NCBI RefSeq assembly: GCF_006345805.1 | Contig: NC_043000.1 | Span: 161,386,001 to 161,450,000 of the forward strand | Direction of reading: 5' to 3' | From: Octopus sinensis | Lineage: Eukaryota | DNA: 64,000 nucleotides | Shown: positions 62,420 to 64,000 of the stretch, piece after piece | How the letters are laid out: every line of letters starts with the position of its first letter | Position numbering within the stretch: the stretch's first letter is position 1 | Position numbers and translations under genes: made by a program | Notes under the pieces: generated by a model | Told to the model about the DNA's origin: nothing | The model's database searches: none | What the model saw: only the letters and a program-made list of their open reading frames with translations

Positions 62420-62805
62420 TCTTTATATATAAAAGAGAGGTCGTGTGCTGTCTGTCTCTTACGATTTAGATTCCTAACTACTCCCACATTTTGCGGTGCA
62501 GTTTAACCAAAACCGGGTATCTTATAGTCGGGATACATATCGAGCCCTTCTGGGTATTAGCGCGCGTCTACGATGAGTCTACGATTTAAAAAAAAATTTA
62601 CCATAAATTTTTTCCCATTTTTTAATGCATTTTTGGAAGTAACTCTCTAAAAATTTATTATTAAATCTCAGAACGTAAAAAGCCACAGTAACATCCCCGC
62701 TTTGTGGTTAGCCATATTGAGATGGCTATTATACTTTACATCTCTAAAAATGCTTATATAGTTATTTCCCTTACAAACCCGAGCAACGCCGGGCGATACT
62801 GCTAG
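62420..62805 (+). mobile_element. Complete 386-bp non-autonomous Helitron
   Basis: 5' TC(tttatatataaaa); 3' hairpin cccgagcaacgccggg (62778-62793) then cgatactgCTAG; inserted between A and T without TSD. Confidence 0.85.
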
Positions 62806-63129
62806 TGAACTATATATTGAATGACATTGCCTCATGAGCAGATTGTTGCCTGAGCAGCATCGTTCGGACTGGTTTTGAAAGAATACGATCACATAACACG
62901 CACATGGTCACATTCATTTAGACATGTATACGAATATATATGTGTATGAGTGTACATATATGTATACACACGCCCTCACACACGCATGTGATCAATTACT
63001 CTTAAATGTTAAGTACATCACTTCTAGCATCCTGCATTATGCTACAAAGGTGACAACGTCGTCCGTACCAGTGGTCCTTGCCAAGACACTTGCGTGTCAC
63101 TTTACAATTACCACCTCTGTTGGAAGTGT

Positions 63130-63706
63130 ATTAATGATAATAATAATGATAATAATAATAATTATAATAATCATAATTATAATAATCATAATAATAATAA
63201 TTAATAATAGTAATAATAATATAATAATAATAATAATGATGATAATAATAATAATAATTGATGATAATAATAATAATAATGATAATAATAATGATAATAA
63301 TAATAATAATAATAAAAATAATAATAATTAATAATAATAATAATAATGATAAAAATTAAAATGATAATAATAATAATTAAAAAATAATAATAATAATGTT
63401 ATTAATTAAAATAATATAATTATAATAATAATAATAATAATTAATAATAATGCTTCAAATTAAAAAATAATAATAATAATAATACTAATAAAATAATAAT
63501 TAATAATAAAATATAATAATTAAAATAAATAATAATATTAATATAATAATAATAATGTTAATAATTATAATAAAATGTTATAATATAGTAATATAATAAT
63601 AATAATAATAATGAGAAGAAGAAGAAGAAGAAGAAGAAGAAGAAGAAGAAGAAGAAGAAGAAGAAGAAGAAGAAGAAGAAGAAGAAGAAGAAGAAGAAGA
63701 AGAAGA
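63130..63706. repeat. Long degenerate (AAT)n followed by (GAA)n
   Basis: Direct reading. Confidence 0.9.
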
Positions 63707-64000
63707 CGACCACAGCGAATTGCAAATAGCATGTACGTGTAACGCTGAGCTGCCGGGAAGACAGGACAAATCTGAAACCAACGTGAAGCAGGAATTTATA
63801 ATCCGAAAAAACAATGAAATAAGACTATATTTTAATCCAAGTCATCTCGGTAAACCGAAAGATTTTACTTATATGGACTATATATATAAGTAAGCGCTTC
63901 CATCAGATGCGCCGCCACAGTAAAATGTGCGGGAAAATGCAAACATATGGCCTGCAATAACTCTGTACGAAAACTGCAAATCTGTAAGTAAAAGTTTCGT

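Noticed and set aside
8-63814. Dozens of 60-160 aa ORFs rich in IY, CV, HT, poly-I, poly-L or poly-M
   Set aside because: They are translations of (TA)n, (CA)n, (TACA)n, (GATA)n and triplet microsatellites, not genes
1-64000. CRISPR arrays, rRNA or intact tRNA genes
   Set aside because: None seen; tRNA-like A/B boxes occur only as SINE heads

Overview
AT-rich, microsatellite-saturated eukaryotic DNA with no host protein-coding exon that I can support. The SINE families and repeat load suggest a cephalopod, probably Octopus (inference from recognition, not a search). Nearly every ORF in the track is translated (TA)n/(CA)n/(TAA)n or a transposon fragment. Four groups of mobile elements dominate. 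(1) Penelope-like elements (PLEs) sitting in (TA)n tracts, including a young 5.2-kb RT + GIY-YIG insertion with a 1.6-kb inverted arm (3979-9218), an old copy with the same architecture (29460-30965) and a 310-bp miniature (53295-53604). (2) R4/Dong-type non-LTR elements stacked in (TAA)n tracts. (3) RTE and other LINE fragments, tRNA-derived SINEs and Tc1/mariner remnants. (4) Two non-autonomous Helitrons. The most notable signal is about ten hammerhead-ribozyme motifs, most in PLE 3' termini or similar TA-flanked ends, from several unrelated families. Their cores differ: canonical CUGAUGA, compensatory U3-A8, U4C with an extra A, and one candidate type II permutation. Most have a palindromic stem III. 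There is also an unexplained perfect 288-bp inverted repeat (18842-20533) and a 94-nt near-perfect hairpin. All alignments and folds were done by eye.
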